64,000 bases of DNA, from contig CAJFCJ010000005.1 of assembly GCA_904063045.1 (NCBI GenBank), forward strand, positions 2,660,165 to 2,724,164, written 5' to 3'. Shown here in pieces: positions 35,127 through 50,472 of the stretch. A program made the translations under genes and the position numbers. The notes under the pieces were generated by a model. It was not told the origin of the DNA. It worked only from the letters and a program-made list of their open reading frames with translations, and searched no databases. Each line of letters begins with the position of its first letter. Position 1 is the stretch's first letter. Source of the DNA: Dimorphilus gyrociliatus (Eukaryota; Animalia; Annelida).

Positions 35127-35804
35127 AATTTGAATGGAAGATAATGTGTTGTCGTTTGTTCATTATATTACTTCACTGTTTTTGAAAAATTTGATTACTT
35201 TTGATTTCGTGAATGTTTTTCACCAATTTAATATGCAGCTAAAAATTTTTAATATTAACATTTGTCGACACCACTTTAAAAGCCGTGTAAGATCTAAATC
35301 GGTGCATCAAGTTGATCCGATTAAAATTGTATCAGTCCTGTTCAATGATGAAGTTATTCACTAAAGTTCCTAATACTGTCACAAAAGATATCCATGAAAG
35401 TCGCTGATTCTTGCAAATTATTAGACTGTAAACTTTTTTAATTTATCGTTTATCATTTTCTATCACTTATTCGAATATTCTTTAATAAGATCAACATTAA
35501 TTCTATAGATTGGACAATTTTTTAAATTCATTAAAGGTAACATCATTGTAAAGTGTAAGTTGCTAAATGGCATGGAACATTGTTGACGGATAATTCAAAA
35601 AAATTACAATTCAACAGTATCAATATTATTTGTGCGAGAATTATGCTAACTTTTTGGAAATAAACAAATTAATCCATAGTAACATACTAAATTGTATATC
35701 GCTATATAACCAACTATTATCCAAACATTTCTCAACAATTATTTAGAACTCACACATACAATGGACACTTATCACAGTTAGTGACACTAGTTTCTTTATA
35801 CTTG

Positions 35805-39025
<3,221 letters not shown>

Positions 39026-39757
39026 ACTTCTTTCCAGTTTGCGAAGCGGAAGTCACGTGATTTTGACAACGCACAGTGACAGCTCACTTCCGCCGGCTTT
39101 TTCACTTCGCGCGAAGATATTTGCGTATTTCCAAATTTTTCTAATAAAAAATATTACAGCAGTTAATATTTCTAAAACGTCTACCTTAATAATATATCTT
39201 ATTTTCAAATACCGTCTTACAAGCTGGGAGATAGTAATATCAACTGCAACCACATATTCCTTTTTTAATGCGGTTTCTATTCAATATATATTAATTCTTC
39301 ATCCGGTTCAGGAGTATCGAATCGTATGAACCAGGCGAAGCTGAGAGAAGTAAATTTTTTTATATATCTTGTTGATTGCAATTAGTTATTTTCCTTAAGT
39401 TCCATAAAAGAAACCATGATTTATTATTAAAATATCTTCATAAAATCGTTCAGTATAAAAACTCTTAAAACGATCTCTTTTTATACTGACTATTAATGAC
39501 CTTCTAACCGAGCGATATTTTGTGTTGTACAGAGTTGAATGATACACTGGTTAAGAAGAAATTTTGTTAGTATTTTATTTCCAACCTTAACAATTTGGGC
39601 AATTTCTGCGGATTTATCAAGAGGAAAACGCTATAAGAGTTTAAAGAATCAAGAAGAATCTAAAAGAGAAACGGCTTAAAAAGTAATACTTTTACTTAAT
39701 AGTAAAATTTTTTGCATTGATATCAATCTATAATATATATTTATTTATAATCAGAAA

Positions 39758-39958
39758 ATGCCTAAGGATTTCGGATTAATACGCGCTATCACCAGACCCG
39801 GACAAGCCGTCAATTGGTGGCATGTGGCCATTGGAGTTGGATTGATATGGGTTGGAAACAAACTAGACTACAGAGAAGAAGTTAAAGGTGATACCTTCAG
39901 AGGAAAGTCCCATATGTTTGGCAAGCCTGATGTCCGATACGATAGCAAAGATTATTAA
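39758..39958 (+). CDS. NDUFB1: Complex I accessory subunit NDUFB1 (MNLL)-like
   Basis: 66 aa with one TM segment, followed by GNKLDYREE...TFRGKSHMF, matching the family pattern G..LD...E....FR.KS.LF. An acceptor (tataatcag) lies just upstream of the ATG. Confidence 0.75.
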   Translation: MPKDFGLIRAITRPGQAVNWWHVAIGVGLIWVGNKLDYREEVKGDTFRGKSHMFGKPDVRYDSKDY

Positions 39959-40161
39959 ATATAAACTGTCGATTTGTATAATGTATTGAGAGATAATTAA
40001 AACAATAAATACATCTATAAGCTCATCCTTTGATATGCATCGTTCAGAGGATAAAAAAAGAACTAGAAAAGTTACCTGATAGAAAAACGGAATTAGCAAT
40101 TAAAAAAAATGCCTGTCGATGGATTGCCACAGTCTTCTGAGGATGGACCTTCTTCAAAACT

Positions 40162-41166
40162 TTACCAGTTGTCTAGAAAATCAAATCCCGATTTTTTAAC
40201 TTGACAAGATTGGTCCTCCTAATGACAAAACACAAATGCATGCATGAATTTGTAAGCATATATGTAAAAAAATGTAAACCTTTGTTTCTTTTAGATCATC
40301 GAAAGTTTCAATAGGTTCAAATGTAGGTTCTGTTTTCGACTCAAGGTAGTTTAAAACATTATTCTCAATAACATCTGATTTTACTGGATTGGAAAATTGT
40401 TTCTCAACTTCTACAACAGTTACGGGAGAATCATCAGAGTCGGTGGTGATATCTTCGTCAAGTTCCAACCTAATATTCTCCTCGTTGGCCTTATATGAAT
40501 CATTTTGACCAGATACTTCATTAGCACCAAAACTCTCCTGATTACTATTCTTATCGTCATCATCGTCGTCGTCTTCGTCGTCATCGTCCTCGAGCTTTAA
40601 CCCAAACTTCTCAAATAAGTGTAAAGCTTCTGAACTCATTCCTTTAGATCTATCATTAGCAAGAAATGGTGACTGCCATAACTTCCCCTTTTCTTTCTGC
40701 TTTTCCAACTTCGGCGATGGAACTCTATAGCCTTTTGGCTTTTCTATTTCATTTATTTTGTCGAATGTAAACTCGCTTTGACTCTAGAAATATCATAAAA
40801 GTGTAAATAAATATAAGTCTACATTAAACTAATCGAACTTACGGAAGTTTCCCAGCAAAATGGGCCAGAGAACTCATCTCGAAAATAGTTTTTGTCGTCC
40901 AATTCAACAATTTTTTCTCCGCTGTATAGGGTTAATTTGGGAAACATTTCAGGTAAATCTCCCAATCTTGGAGCATCTGCATAAAAAGTTTCCACTTCTT
41001 CCGGCACGAAGTGATTGTCCAACAATTCCTCTTGCTTTTCAACAGGTAAAGAATGAAAATACGGAGAGTCGTTTGAATATTGCTTGACTCTTTCAAGAAT
41101 TCCTACGGCTTCAGGGCTAATAATAGAAAAATATGTATAAGCCTTTTCTTCGAAATCAACTGACAT
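40162..41166 (-). CDS. C1orf198: C1orf198/DUF4706-like protein, 3 exons
   Basis: AYTYFSIISP...MFPKL...GEKIVELDD...RDEFSGPFCWETS|SQSEFTF; acidic middle; conserved C-terminus KSGFDFLDNW* (TAA 40162-40164). Confidence 0.85.
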
Positions 41167-42062
41167 AATGATCGATTGATTTTAAGCCAAAATAGATTTG
41201 TAAAACACAAGATTCGTTCGAATATCAATATATTACTCAGGAAGCTTCTCTATTGTTGCTAAAATGTGAATAACAACAAAGGGATACCCTAGAAAATCCC
41301 TGGACATCGTAAAGTGATTTTCGAATGTAATTTTCCCGCTTTTTTTTTAAAAGTATTACTTTAATTATTAAAAAATTGATTCTATTTTTTGCGCTGTCTC
41401 TATTAAATCAAGATTAGTCGACTGGAATTTAGAACACATAGAATCCTAGATAAATATAAAAAAAATTGTTTGAATAGTTTTTTGACATGCGCAAAAACGC
41501 AAAAAAAATTTTATATTCTAAACTATCCATGAAGAAAGATATTATCTTCTGACCCACTCTCAGTCACGTAGAACTTTTTTCTTATAATGTAATAGATTAG
41601 ATTAAGTTCTAAAGACAAACAGATAAAAAAAATTAAGATTAATAAAAAAAATATTGAGCATATTACTAAACTATATAAAATTATTTAAAATTCTACAATT
41701 TAACAGGCCACGAATGAGACGATGCAATAATGTTCCATTTTTAGCTACTAAAAGTTCACGGTGTAAAAGTATACTATATCGAAAAAACTTTTAAAAGTTT
41801 TCATGGTCAGTGTTATCATATAAATTGGGCATATTTATCTATTATTGTCATTTCCTTCTTGTTAGGCCTATCATTGAACTCTCCATAGACCCCACCTGGG
41901 CATAGTCATTTGAAAGGAAGAGCCAATGGTATATTTTCATTTGATCAAATCAGAAGAGATAAAAAAAGAAGCAAAAGGGACAATCTCGGCTAATTCATAG
42001 CACATGCCTCACGTAGGCCTTAAGGAAAAAATCAGTCTCAATCGACCTTTAACACCGACAAC

Positions 42063-43817
42063 ATGAAAGACACAAGACAAAAGTTTAAGAGGAGACAAAG
42101 TTATGTTAGTCCTGATGGAGGATATGGCTGGTTTGTGGTACTTGGAGCCGCAATTGTATTCTTCATCGGAGCCGGTTTTGCGAAATCTTTTACACTAGTT
42201 TATCAGCAACTTTTAATTAAGTTTAAAGGAGGAGCAACAACAACAGCATGGGTTCAAGCTAGTAACGGTCTAGTGAAAATGATGATGGGTTAGTAAACAA
42301 GAAAGAATTTCGCATTCTATTCGCAAATAAATAAATAGAATGCTACTTTTTGAATCATTCAATGAGCCTAAATAAACTATTCTTTAAATTATTGCCAAAC
42401 AGCACCAATTTGTTCGATGTTCTGTAATAAATTTTCCTGTAGAACGTCAGTTTTGGTTGGAACATTTTTCGTTTCTCTTGGAACTCTCCTATCAGCTTTT
42501 CCTACTAGTTTGGGATATTTATATTTCTCTTATGGAGTAGTTGCAGGTTATATCATAAACTAGTCTAATTTCATTTACAAATAATTAAATTAATAAAGCC
42601 ATGCGGGCTTTAAAATGTATTTAATTATTATTACTTTAATTCTGTTCCCTTTCTCGTTAGGCTTTGGTGCAGGATTGGTATTTACGCCCTGTTTTATAAT
42701 AATTGGTTTATACTTTAATAAAAGGAAAGCTAGGGCAATGTCACTAGCAACTTTGGGCGGTGGCTTAGGGGGAATAGCCTTTCCTCCACTTTTAGAAAAT
42801 ATGTTTCATTATTACTCTTATTCTGGAACAATATTAATTATTTCGGGACTTATGATGAATTATGCAGTTGCAGCTTTGTTGTTTAGACCAATTGAAAAAA
42901 TTCGAATAACATCTCTTGCCAAACTTGAACACGAAAATCAAGATACGAAACCAAAACCTGTAGAAGAAAAACCAACATTAATAGTAGGCTCTGATCAAGT
43001 TTATGTTGTAAGTGAAGAGGAAGGAGATAACAAGAAATCAGAATCATTACGAAAGTCAATTAGGAGATTATCAAGAAAAATATCCATATCTCCGTCGACT
43101 TTATCATCCAAAGAAAACGATACTAAAAAGTGTTGCTCAATTTTTACCGATTATTTCGATTTAAGCCTGATTAAAGACATTAAATTTCTTTCTTTCTCCT
43201 TATTAATGATGACAAGCTTCCTTTGTTTTACGGTAACATCAATGTTCTTTAGTGAGTTTGGTAAGGAATGCGGATTCGATAGAGTTGAAGTGTCTTTAGC
43301 ACTTTCGTTATCGAGTATTGTAGATATTCCTTGTCGTTTGTTATCTGGTTTTATTTTCGATTTGAAAAGAGTACGAGGAAGGAGGATATCTGTCTATGTT
43401 TTAATAGGAGCATGGACTGGATTATCGACAGCCTGTCTACCTATATCTATGATTGTTTTAAGTACATTTTATCGGAAAATAACCTTCTATACATTTTGGA
43501 TTAGCTATACTATATCTAGCGGTATATATCATACACAACAACATACCGTTTTAACAGATTTATGTGGGAGTCATTCAAAAACTCTTAGTTCAGCTTTAGG
43601 TTTAAATAGATTATTTCAAGGTATAGGAGGTCTAATTGGTCCATCAGTTGGTGGAATATTAAGAGATTCGTTAGGCACTTATACTTTTAGTTACGTTACT
43701 GCTGGTTGTATTCTAACAATAATGGCTATTATTTTTGCTGTATTTTATGAATTTTACTTAAAAAGAGAAGAAAAACAAGAAGAAGAGATAACTTACGATA
43801 TTATTACGAAAGCATAG
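42063..43817 (+). CDS. Monocarboxylate transporter family (SLC16/MCT, MFS), 3 exons
   Basis: PDGGYGWFVV signature, GLYFNKRKARAMSLA..G.GLG...FPPL, GLMMNYAVAALLFRP, long central loop, GLIGPSVGGILRD. Confidence 0.92.
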
Positions 43818-44238
43818 AAAAGGAGAGAGAATAACATGATAAAAAAAAGAGTAGCTTCAAAGGAAGACTGGTTTATATCTCATATATATATATATAAATA
43901 TACACTTTGTATATAGTTTGATTTGTCTATTTTTGCAAATGAAACCTAAGACTTTTCCTTGATTTATTTAAATATAAATTCTAACATATGTATTTAAGTC
44001 TTTTTTTATTATTTTTAATCAGATAAGTAGGATTAAGTAGATGTTCTACTCCCCTAGTTTCCTTTCTTCTCCCATCAAATTGATTGATGTTGTGAACAGT
44101 AAATTGTCAAATTGTTTACTATTAGCTCTCTATCTGTTGAAAAATCATTTAAATATAAAACCAGATGGCGTATATTGTGATAAAAAATTTCGTTTGAAAC
44201 CTATTAATCCGTGCAGAAATATAAAAACACTATTAAAA

Positions 44239-45208
44239 ATGGTTAGAAAGGTAATAATTACTGGAGCAACCGGTTTATTGGGTAGAGCAGTTTTAGAAAA
44301 ATTTAAGTCGGATAGTAAATGGGAAACTCTTGGCTTAGGATTCTCTAGGGCTGGGAATGAATTGAAAAAAGTGGATTTAACCGATAAGCAAGCGACGACT
44401 AAAGTTATTAATGATTTTGAGGTAATTTAAACAAGATTGAAGTATTTATAACTATTATTTTGTAAATTAACTATAGCCGCATATAATAATTCATTGTGCT
44501 GCTCAAAGACGTCCTGATATTTGTGAAAATGAGGAAGAAGTTACGCGTCAGATGAATATAGAAGCTACGGCTACCATCTGTGACATTGCTAAAACATTGG
44601 GTGCTTTTGTTATTTATATTAGTACAGATTACGTGTTTGATGGTACTAAACCTCCATATAAGCCGTCAGACGCAACTAATCCTCTAAATAAGTATGGCAT
44701 AAGTAAACTGGAAGGAGAAAAGGTTACGTTGGAAATAGATCATAATAATGTTGTTCTTCGTGTTCCAGTTTTATACGGTGAAATAGCATCTCTTGATGAA
44801 AGCGCTGTAACAATACTTTATGAAAAAGTTGCTGACAATACAAAGAATTGTCTCATGTCTCACATTGAGCAAAAATTTCCAACTAATACCGCCGATATTG
44901 CAAAAGTACTTGAACTACTCTGCATTGAAAAGCTAGAAGATTCTAAGAAAGTTAAGGGAATATTCCAGTGGAGTGGTAATGAAAAATTTACTAAATACGA
45001 AATGTCGTTGAGAATCGGTAAAGTTTTTAAAACAAGTGTAGATCATGTTCAAGCAATGACAAAAGCAGATAGTGTAGCTAAAAGACCTGTCGATTGTCAA
45101 TTAGATTGTTCAACTACCATCGAAGTTATTGGCTGTAATCCTCAAACGAATTTTGATGATGGAATTTACAAGTCTATTTCTGACTTTAACAATAAAAGTA
45201 ATAATTAA
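44239..45208 (+). CDS. MAT2B: Methionine adenosyltransferase 2 beta subunit (RmlD-like SDR), 2 exons
   Basis: KVIITGATGLLGRAV, GFSRA, P.IIIHCAAQRRPD, IYISTDYVFDG..PPY, PLNKYGISKLEGE, VLRVPVLYG, GIFQWSGNEKFTKYEM, RP.DCQLDC. Confidence 0.92.
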
Positions 45209-45315
45209 TAACATTAATTTTCAACAATTTTACATTATTTTCAAGTATTGTACTGTGGAATAAAGACAGTTGAAAAATAGTTATAGAATTTTATACATTT
45301 AATAGTTATTTTATA

Positions 45316-47496
45316 TTAGCTATTTGATTTTATGACATCTATAACATCGTCATCGTCTAGATCAAGTTCACTAGGGGTACATGTACTTTTTATAACATCG
45401 CCATCGAAACGAAAAGATAAATGAGTAATATCCGCTTCTAGAGCTGTAGCAAATTCTTTCATCACTTTTTCCAATTTACTTTCCTATTTGGGTATAAATT
45501 GAATATTAATTTCTTCTTAAACACATTACATTAGCCAATTTATTAATTAACTTACATAAGGTACTTTATAACCAATGTCAACACTATGATTACTCGTCTT
45601 CGATTTATGTCTAAACTTTAAGCGAATGTAATCCTCATCCGAAAATGTATTAGAAATGTCGAGATCTGCAATATTCAACAGGAATGCTGAAATGGATCAT
45701 ACAAAAGGTGTCATTAGATAATTAACCTAATATTCCACCACCGGTTAAACCAGCTGACAGGGGAGTAGTCTCGTTATTGTCTATTCGTTCAGCATTATGA
45801 TAAAGAATCATTTGAACAGTGGGGATTTTAAGCAATACAGAGAGTTGCCGAACCAACGCTGCAAACGGCTGGTCCTGAAAAGCAGAGAATAATTAAATAT
45901 AAATTACATAGGTGACTGTAGAACATTAGTAAAAAAAACAATGATCTTCAATAGATATTTACAATATGCAACTTCATAAACTTCTTCTGATTTGAGTATA
46001 CTACAGTAAAGACAACTACTTTTGATTCATCGTATTTCGTATTTTCGACTATTTCCAATACTTCTTGGTTTGATATTGAACTAAATACAGTAGGTAAGCC
46101 TGTCAGCTGATCAACAAGATTATATTGCAAAGCCTGTCTTTCAATTTTCCTGGAATAGTTTAATAGTATTAAATTGTCGGATAAATAGTTACTATAAACA
46201 GACTTAATGAGATTTTCATCTTTTTTTCGAAGAAATCGCTTCTGATTCTTTCTAGTAGTTTGTGTAATTTTATTTAATTCTTCGTCGAGTCTGTTATAAA
46301 TTTACAAAGTAGTGTTTCAATTGGGGGAAAAAAAAAAAAAGAGTTAAATTACTCGGCATCGACTTCTTGTTCTAGTTTCTCTCTTTCCTTAAAATCATTG
46401 GCACAATTTATCGCGTCCTTGTGTTCAGTGGCATCTTCATCTAATTGAAAACATATTGTACAGTCTATATTTAATTTTTTGCTAAAAAAAGATCACCTGA
46501 TGACGAAGTGTCTGGCATAAGAAATACTCGTTTAGGTTTTGTAGACTCTTTCTCTTCCATGCTCTTTTCATCGCTCTCTCTTTCTTCGTTATTGTCATAT
46601 GATTTCATAAAAATATTTTCAAATTCAATATCATCGTCGTCTTCAAATTTCGAAAAGTCATCATCTGCAAACTGAAAACTTAATTCTGAAAGCTTTTCCG
46701 GTTTCTTCTCATTTACTTCTATTTTCTCCTCCTCTTCTGTCTGTTCCCCGATTTCCTCTTTATTTTGAACAGAGACTGCTGTAAAATCAACATTTTTAAT
46801 ACCCTTTTCAAAGACTACAAGCCTTTGATTTCTAAAACTTCACCTTTGAAATTTGCAGCAGCTGCTTCAGGAGGAATTGATATTATTTGATCACTAGCTG
46901 AGACATCTTTTGTTCTATTTAGAGGTTTATTAATTATTTTTTCCACAGATACTTCCTGATCAGAATCGTCCGAAAGTACACAAATAACGTCATCTTCCTG
47001 TAGACGACCTCGCTTGCATGATCTACCCGAAATTATCCTCTTTCTTTTCTGATCTCTATCTGATGTTGGTGTTGGTGCTTTGGGCAATAAACTTGGCAAA
47101 GGAACTAACAAGCTAGACTCAAGTTTTGATGTGATTTGGCTTTCTGTGCCTCTACGTCTTCTCGATGTTTGAACCTAAAATACATTGTCATTAGTTTGTT
47201 AATAAAAGCTTAGCAGTTTTGTATTGGAAAAGGAAATAATTTTATTACTAAATTTTCTGCATTATATCCTTGTGGCATTTGACCGTACCCATCTTCTTCA
47301 TCAGATATATCAATCCCTATAGTTTCTATATTTCCGCCCCTACCTCGACCTCGTGCTGAAAAAATTTGAAAACTTAACACAACAGAGTAAACGAAATAAA
47401 AGTATGCGTCGAAAATAGGGAAAATATATAAGCTTGCTACTTACTTCCAGATGACCCACTTCGGCCACCCCTGCGGTGACCTCTTCTTCTTGGCAT
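45316..47496 (-). CDS. NFATC2IP: RENi-family SUMO-like-domain protein (NFATC2IP/Nip45, Rad60/Esc2), multi-exon
   Basis: Basic start MPRRRGHRRGGRSG (ATG 47496); SIM-like DDVICVLSDDSD; acidic region; SLD1 (KKFMKLHI...DQPFAALVRQL); SLD2 (YIRLKFRHKSKTS...KVMKEFATALE...LSFRFDGDVI...TPSELDLDDDDVIDV). Confidence 0.8.
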
Positions 47497-48060
47497 ATTT
47501 CTTTCTAAATTTATTTTTATATATCGAAATAGATGGGGGAGAAAATCTAAACAACAAAAGTTTCGGATTTTTGATTGTTGTTACCTTCTACACAAATTAA
47601 CCGTCAAATACAAATTGAATATAATCAGAATTTTAACACCCACTAACTCTAAGTAAATTAATTATCAAATCTAAATTAGCTTATCACAGAGAATTACTAC
47701 ATATGTTTTATGAAATAGTTTAATAGAAAATTCAACATTTTTCAAATCCGAATTTGGTAGCAAATTCTGTTTGGTCATACTAAATACCGTATTGCACAGG
47801 AACATACATAAATATTTTCAGAATATTTAGTATATTTTCACTCTGCCTCATAGTTCACTTGTAAAAATACGCTAATCACTGTATTCTGACGCAAGAACAT
47901 GTCAGAAAAATTTATATATTTATAGGACGCGCTGTTTGCAAAGACATAAAGGCAAATTTATCCCCAATACAAATATTGTACAATATCTCTTTTATCGTTA
48001 CTTCTTCTGCTATCTGACGTTGGCGCCACGTGGTATTTATTTTTTGGAAGTGGTAAAGTA

Positions 48061-50472
48061 ATGGAACCGAGAGAAAATTCGACTGAAAAGAAGTCAAGAC
48101 CACAGTGGAAAGGTCCTGAAGGTGACTGTAAAACAGGTTTGAAGCTATATAATGGTTTAGCAAGAGCTGTTGTTGATTTTGTTGCGCAAAATGGGATGGT
48201 TGTTTCATGGTACGGCTGTGGTCCGACCGTATATGACTCGGCTCATATGGGACATGCGAGATGTTATATAACATTTGATATTATTCGTCGAGTGATGAAA
48301 TCTTACTTTAACTATGACGTTAATTATTGTATGAATATTACTGATATTGATGATAAAATCATTAAAAGAGGAAGGCAGACGTATCTCCTTCAGGCATTCC
48401 AGAATGAAAATCCAAGTCTCGAAGTTGTACGTGAATATTTAAATATTGGTTTAAAACATATCAAGGAGAAAATATCTGAGAAAGAAGCGGAAATAAAGGA
48501 GGGTACAGAGAGTTTAATTGAAAAAGAATCGGAAATGGAACAAACGAAGAAGATGTCAGCTACAGGAGAAGAAGAGTTAAAACTCGCTAATAAAGTTTCC
48601 GATCTCAAAAGAACTATAAAGAAAATATTAGAAAACAATGCCAATGTACAAGCTAAATATAAAATGTTAACATCTCTCCATGAGAAAACGGCACCTCTTC
48701 TTCAAAAGGAATCTGTTCGTGATATCTTCGCTTTAGGAGCCGACATTCTAATGGAGGTTTTAGATGAAGAAGTTCTGAGTGACAACGAAGAAACTAGCAA
48801 TGAAACTACAAAGAAACTTCGTAAAATGTTGGATGATGAAATATGTCGTGATTGTCCTTATAGCGAATCAATATTTGGGCGCTTATCAACTAAATTCGAA
48901 AATGAATTCTATAGAGATATGAAAAATCTGAATGTTATGCCTGCTGATACAATCACCAGAGTTTCAGAATATGTTCCAGAAGTTATTGCTTTTGTACAAC
49001 GGATTATTGATAATGGTTATGCCTATGAATCTAATGGATCTGTTTATTTTGACACTGGTAAGTTCGCCTCAAGTCCCAATCATACATATGCAAAACTAGT
49101 ACCTGAAGCTTACGGCGATCAAAAAGCTTTGAAAGAGGGTGAAGGGGATCTGAGCATATCTGCAGAACGTCTTAAAGAAAAGAGAAGTCCAAACGATTTT
49201 GCTTTATGGAAAGCTTCCAAAAAAGGCGAACCATTTTGGCCTTCATCTTGGGGCAACGGTAGACCTGGTTGGCATGTTGAGTGCTCAGTTATGGCTTCTG
49301 ATATTCTAGGAGAATCTATGGATATACATAGTGGGGGTGTAGATTTAAAATTTCCTCACCATGACAATGAGTTAGCTCAGTCCGAAGCTTATTACGAAAA
49401 TGATCATTGGGTTAGATACTTCCTTCATTCTGGCCATTTACACATTGAAGGATGTAAGATGGCGAAATCTCTGAAAAATTTCATAACCATCAATGAAGCC
49501 CTTAGAAATGACTCAGCCAGGCAAATTCGTCTCCTCTTCCTCCTCCATTCCTGGAGTGACACCTTAAATTATTCTACTGATACTCTAAAGATGGCACTCA
49601 TTTATGAAAAGAAATTAAATGAATTCTTTTTGAACATTAAGCATCAGCTAAGACAATTACCTGCTGAAGGTGTAGAGTCATTTAAAAAATGGCATAATGA
49701 AGAAAAGAATTTGAACGACTTTTTGACTTCAACAAAAGTAAAAGTTCGCGAAGCTATATGCAATTCTATAGACACAAAAGCTTCTATGTCGGCAATAAGC
49801 GACCTAATTGCCGAAACAAACAAATATGTTGACAATAGGAAACCAAATCTTAATAGGCAATTGTTAGAGAATATAATGAGGTTTATTACGCATATTTTGG
49901 AAGTATTCGGGGTTACCGAATCGGACAGACCTTTGGGATTTGGGTCTGCATCTGGAAGTAATGTTGAGAATCTTGAAGATACCTTGTTTCCTTACTTAGA
50001 AGCATTCGCACAATTCAGAGAAACCGTTAGAGACACTGGAAGGAAGAACGGTGTAGCAGATCTACTTAAAGCATGCGATTCAATTCGAGATAAAGTTCTT
50101 CCGTGCTTGGGAGTAAGGCTAGAGGACCATGAAGGTGAACCAACCGTCATTAAGCTAGTTGATAAAGAAATATTGATGAGGGAAATGAAAGAGAAGGAAG
50201 AATTGGAAGAGAAGAAAAAGAGGGAAAAAGAGGAAAGATTAGAAAAGCAAAGGCTAGAGGCTGAGAAAAAAGACAAACAGGATAGTATACCACCCTCTGA
50301 AATGTTCAAAAACGATACAAGTTACTCCCAATTTGATGAAGAAGGTGTACCTACTCATGATAGTAACGGCGAACCACTAAGTAAAAGTTGCGTGAAAGGT
50401 CTCAAAAAGAAGTATACAACCCAAAAAAAGAATCATGACAAATGGTTAGCGAAGCAAAAGGAGATGAAATAA
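48061..50472 (+). CDS. CARS1: Cytoplasmic cysteinyl-tRNA synthetase, intronless, with lineage-specific insertions
   Basis: WYGCGPTVYD, HMGH (HIGH motif), MNITDIDDKIIKR, DFALWK, GRPGWHVECS, DIHSGGVDLKFPHHDNE, KMAKS (KMSKS motif), eukaryotic C-terminal extension; a single 803-aa ORF. Confidence 0.96.
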   Translation: MEPRENSTEKKSRPQWKGPEGDCKTGLKLYNGLARAVVDFVAQNGMVVSWYGCGPTVYDSAHMGHARCYITFDIIRRVMKSYFNYDVNYCMNITDIDDKIIKRGRQTYLLQAFQNENPSLEVVREYLNIGLKHIKEKISEKEAEIKEGTESLIEKESEMEQTKKMSATGEEELKLANKVSDLKRTIKKILENNANVQAKYKMLTSLHEKTAPLLQKESVRDIFALGADILMEVLDEEVLSDNEETSNETTKKLRKMLDDEICRDCPYSESIFGRLSTKFENEFYRDMKNLNVMPADTITRVSEYVPEVIAFVQRIIDNGYAYESNGSVYFDTGKFASSPNHTYAKLVPEAYGDQKALKEGEGDLSISAERLKEKRSPNDFALWKASKKGEPFWPSSWGNGRPGWHVECSVMASDILGESMDIHSGGVDLKFPHHDNELAQSEAYYENDHWVRYFLHSGHLHIEGCKMAKSLKNFITINEALRNDSARQIRLLFLLHSWSDTLNYSTDTLKMALIYEKKLNEFFLNIKHQLRQLPAEGVESFKKWHNEEKNLNDFLTSTKVKVREAICNSIDTKASMSAISDLIAETNKYVDNRKPNLNRQLLENIMRFITHILEVFGVTESDRPLGFGSASGSNVENLEDTLFPYLEAFAQFRETVRDTGRKNGVADLLKACDSIRDKVLPCLGVRLEDHEGEPTVIKLVDKEILMREMKEKEELEEKKKREKEERLEKQRLEAEKKDKQDSIPPSEMFKNDTSYSQFDEEGVPTHDSNGEPLSKSCVKGLKKKYTTQKKNHDKWLAKQKEMK

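Noticed and set aside
35190-35580. Possible two-exon minus-strand mini-gene (MPFSNLHF…IIEQD*) between the REDIC1-like gene and RPN2
   Set aside because: No homology and weak splice support; compatible with chance or with the RPN2 3' UTR.
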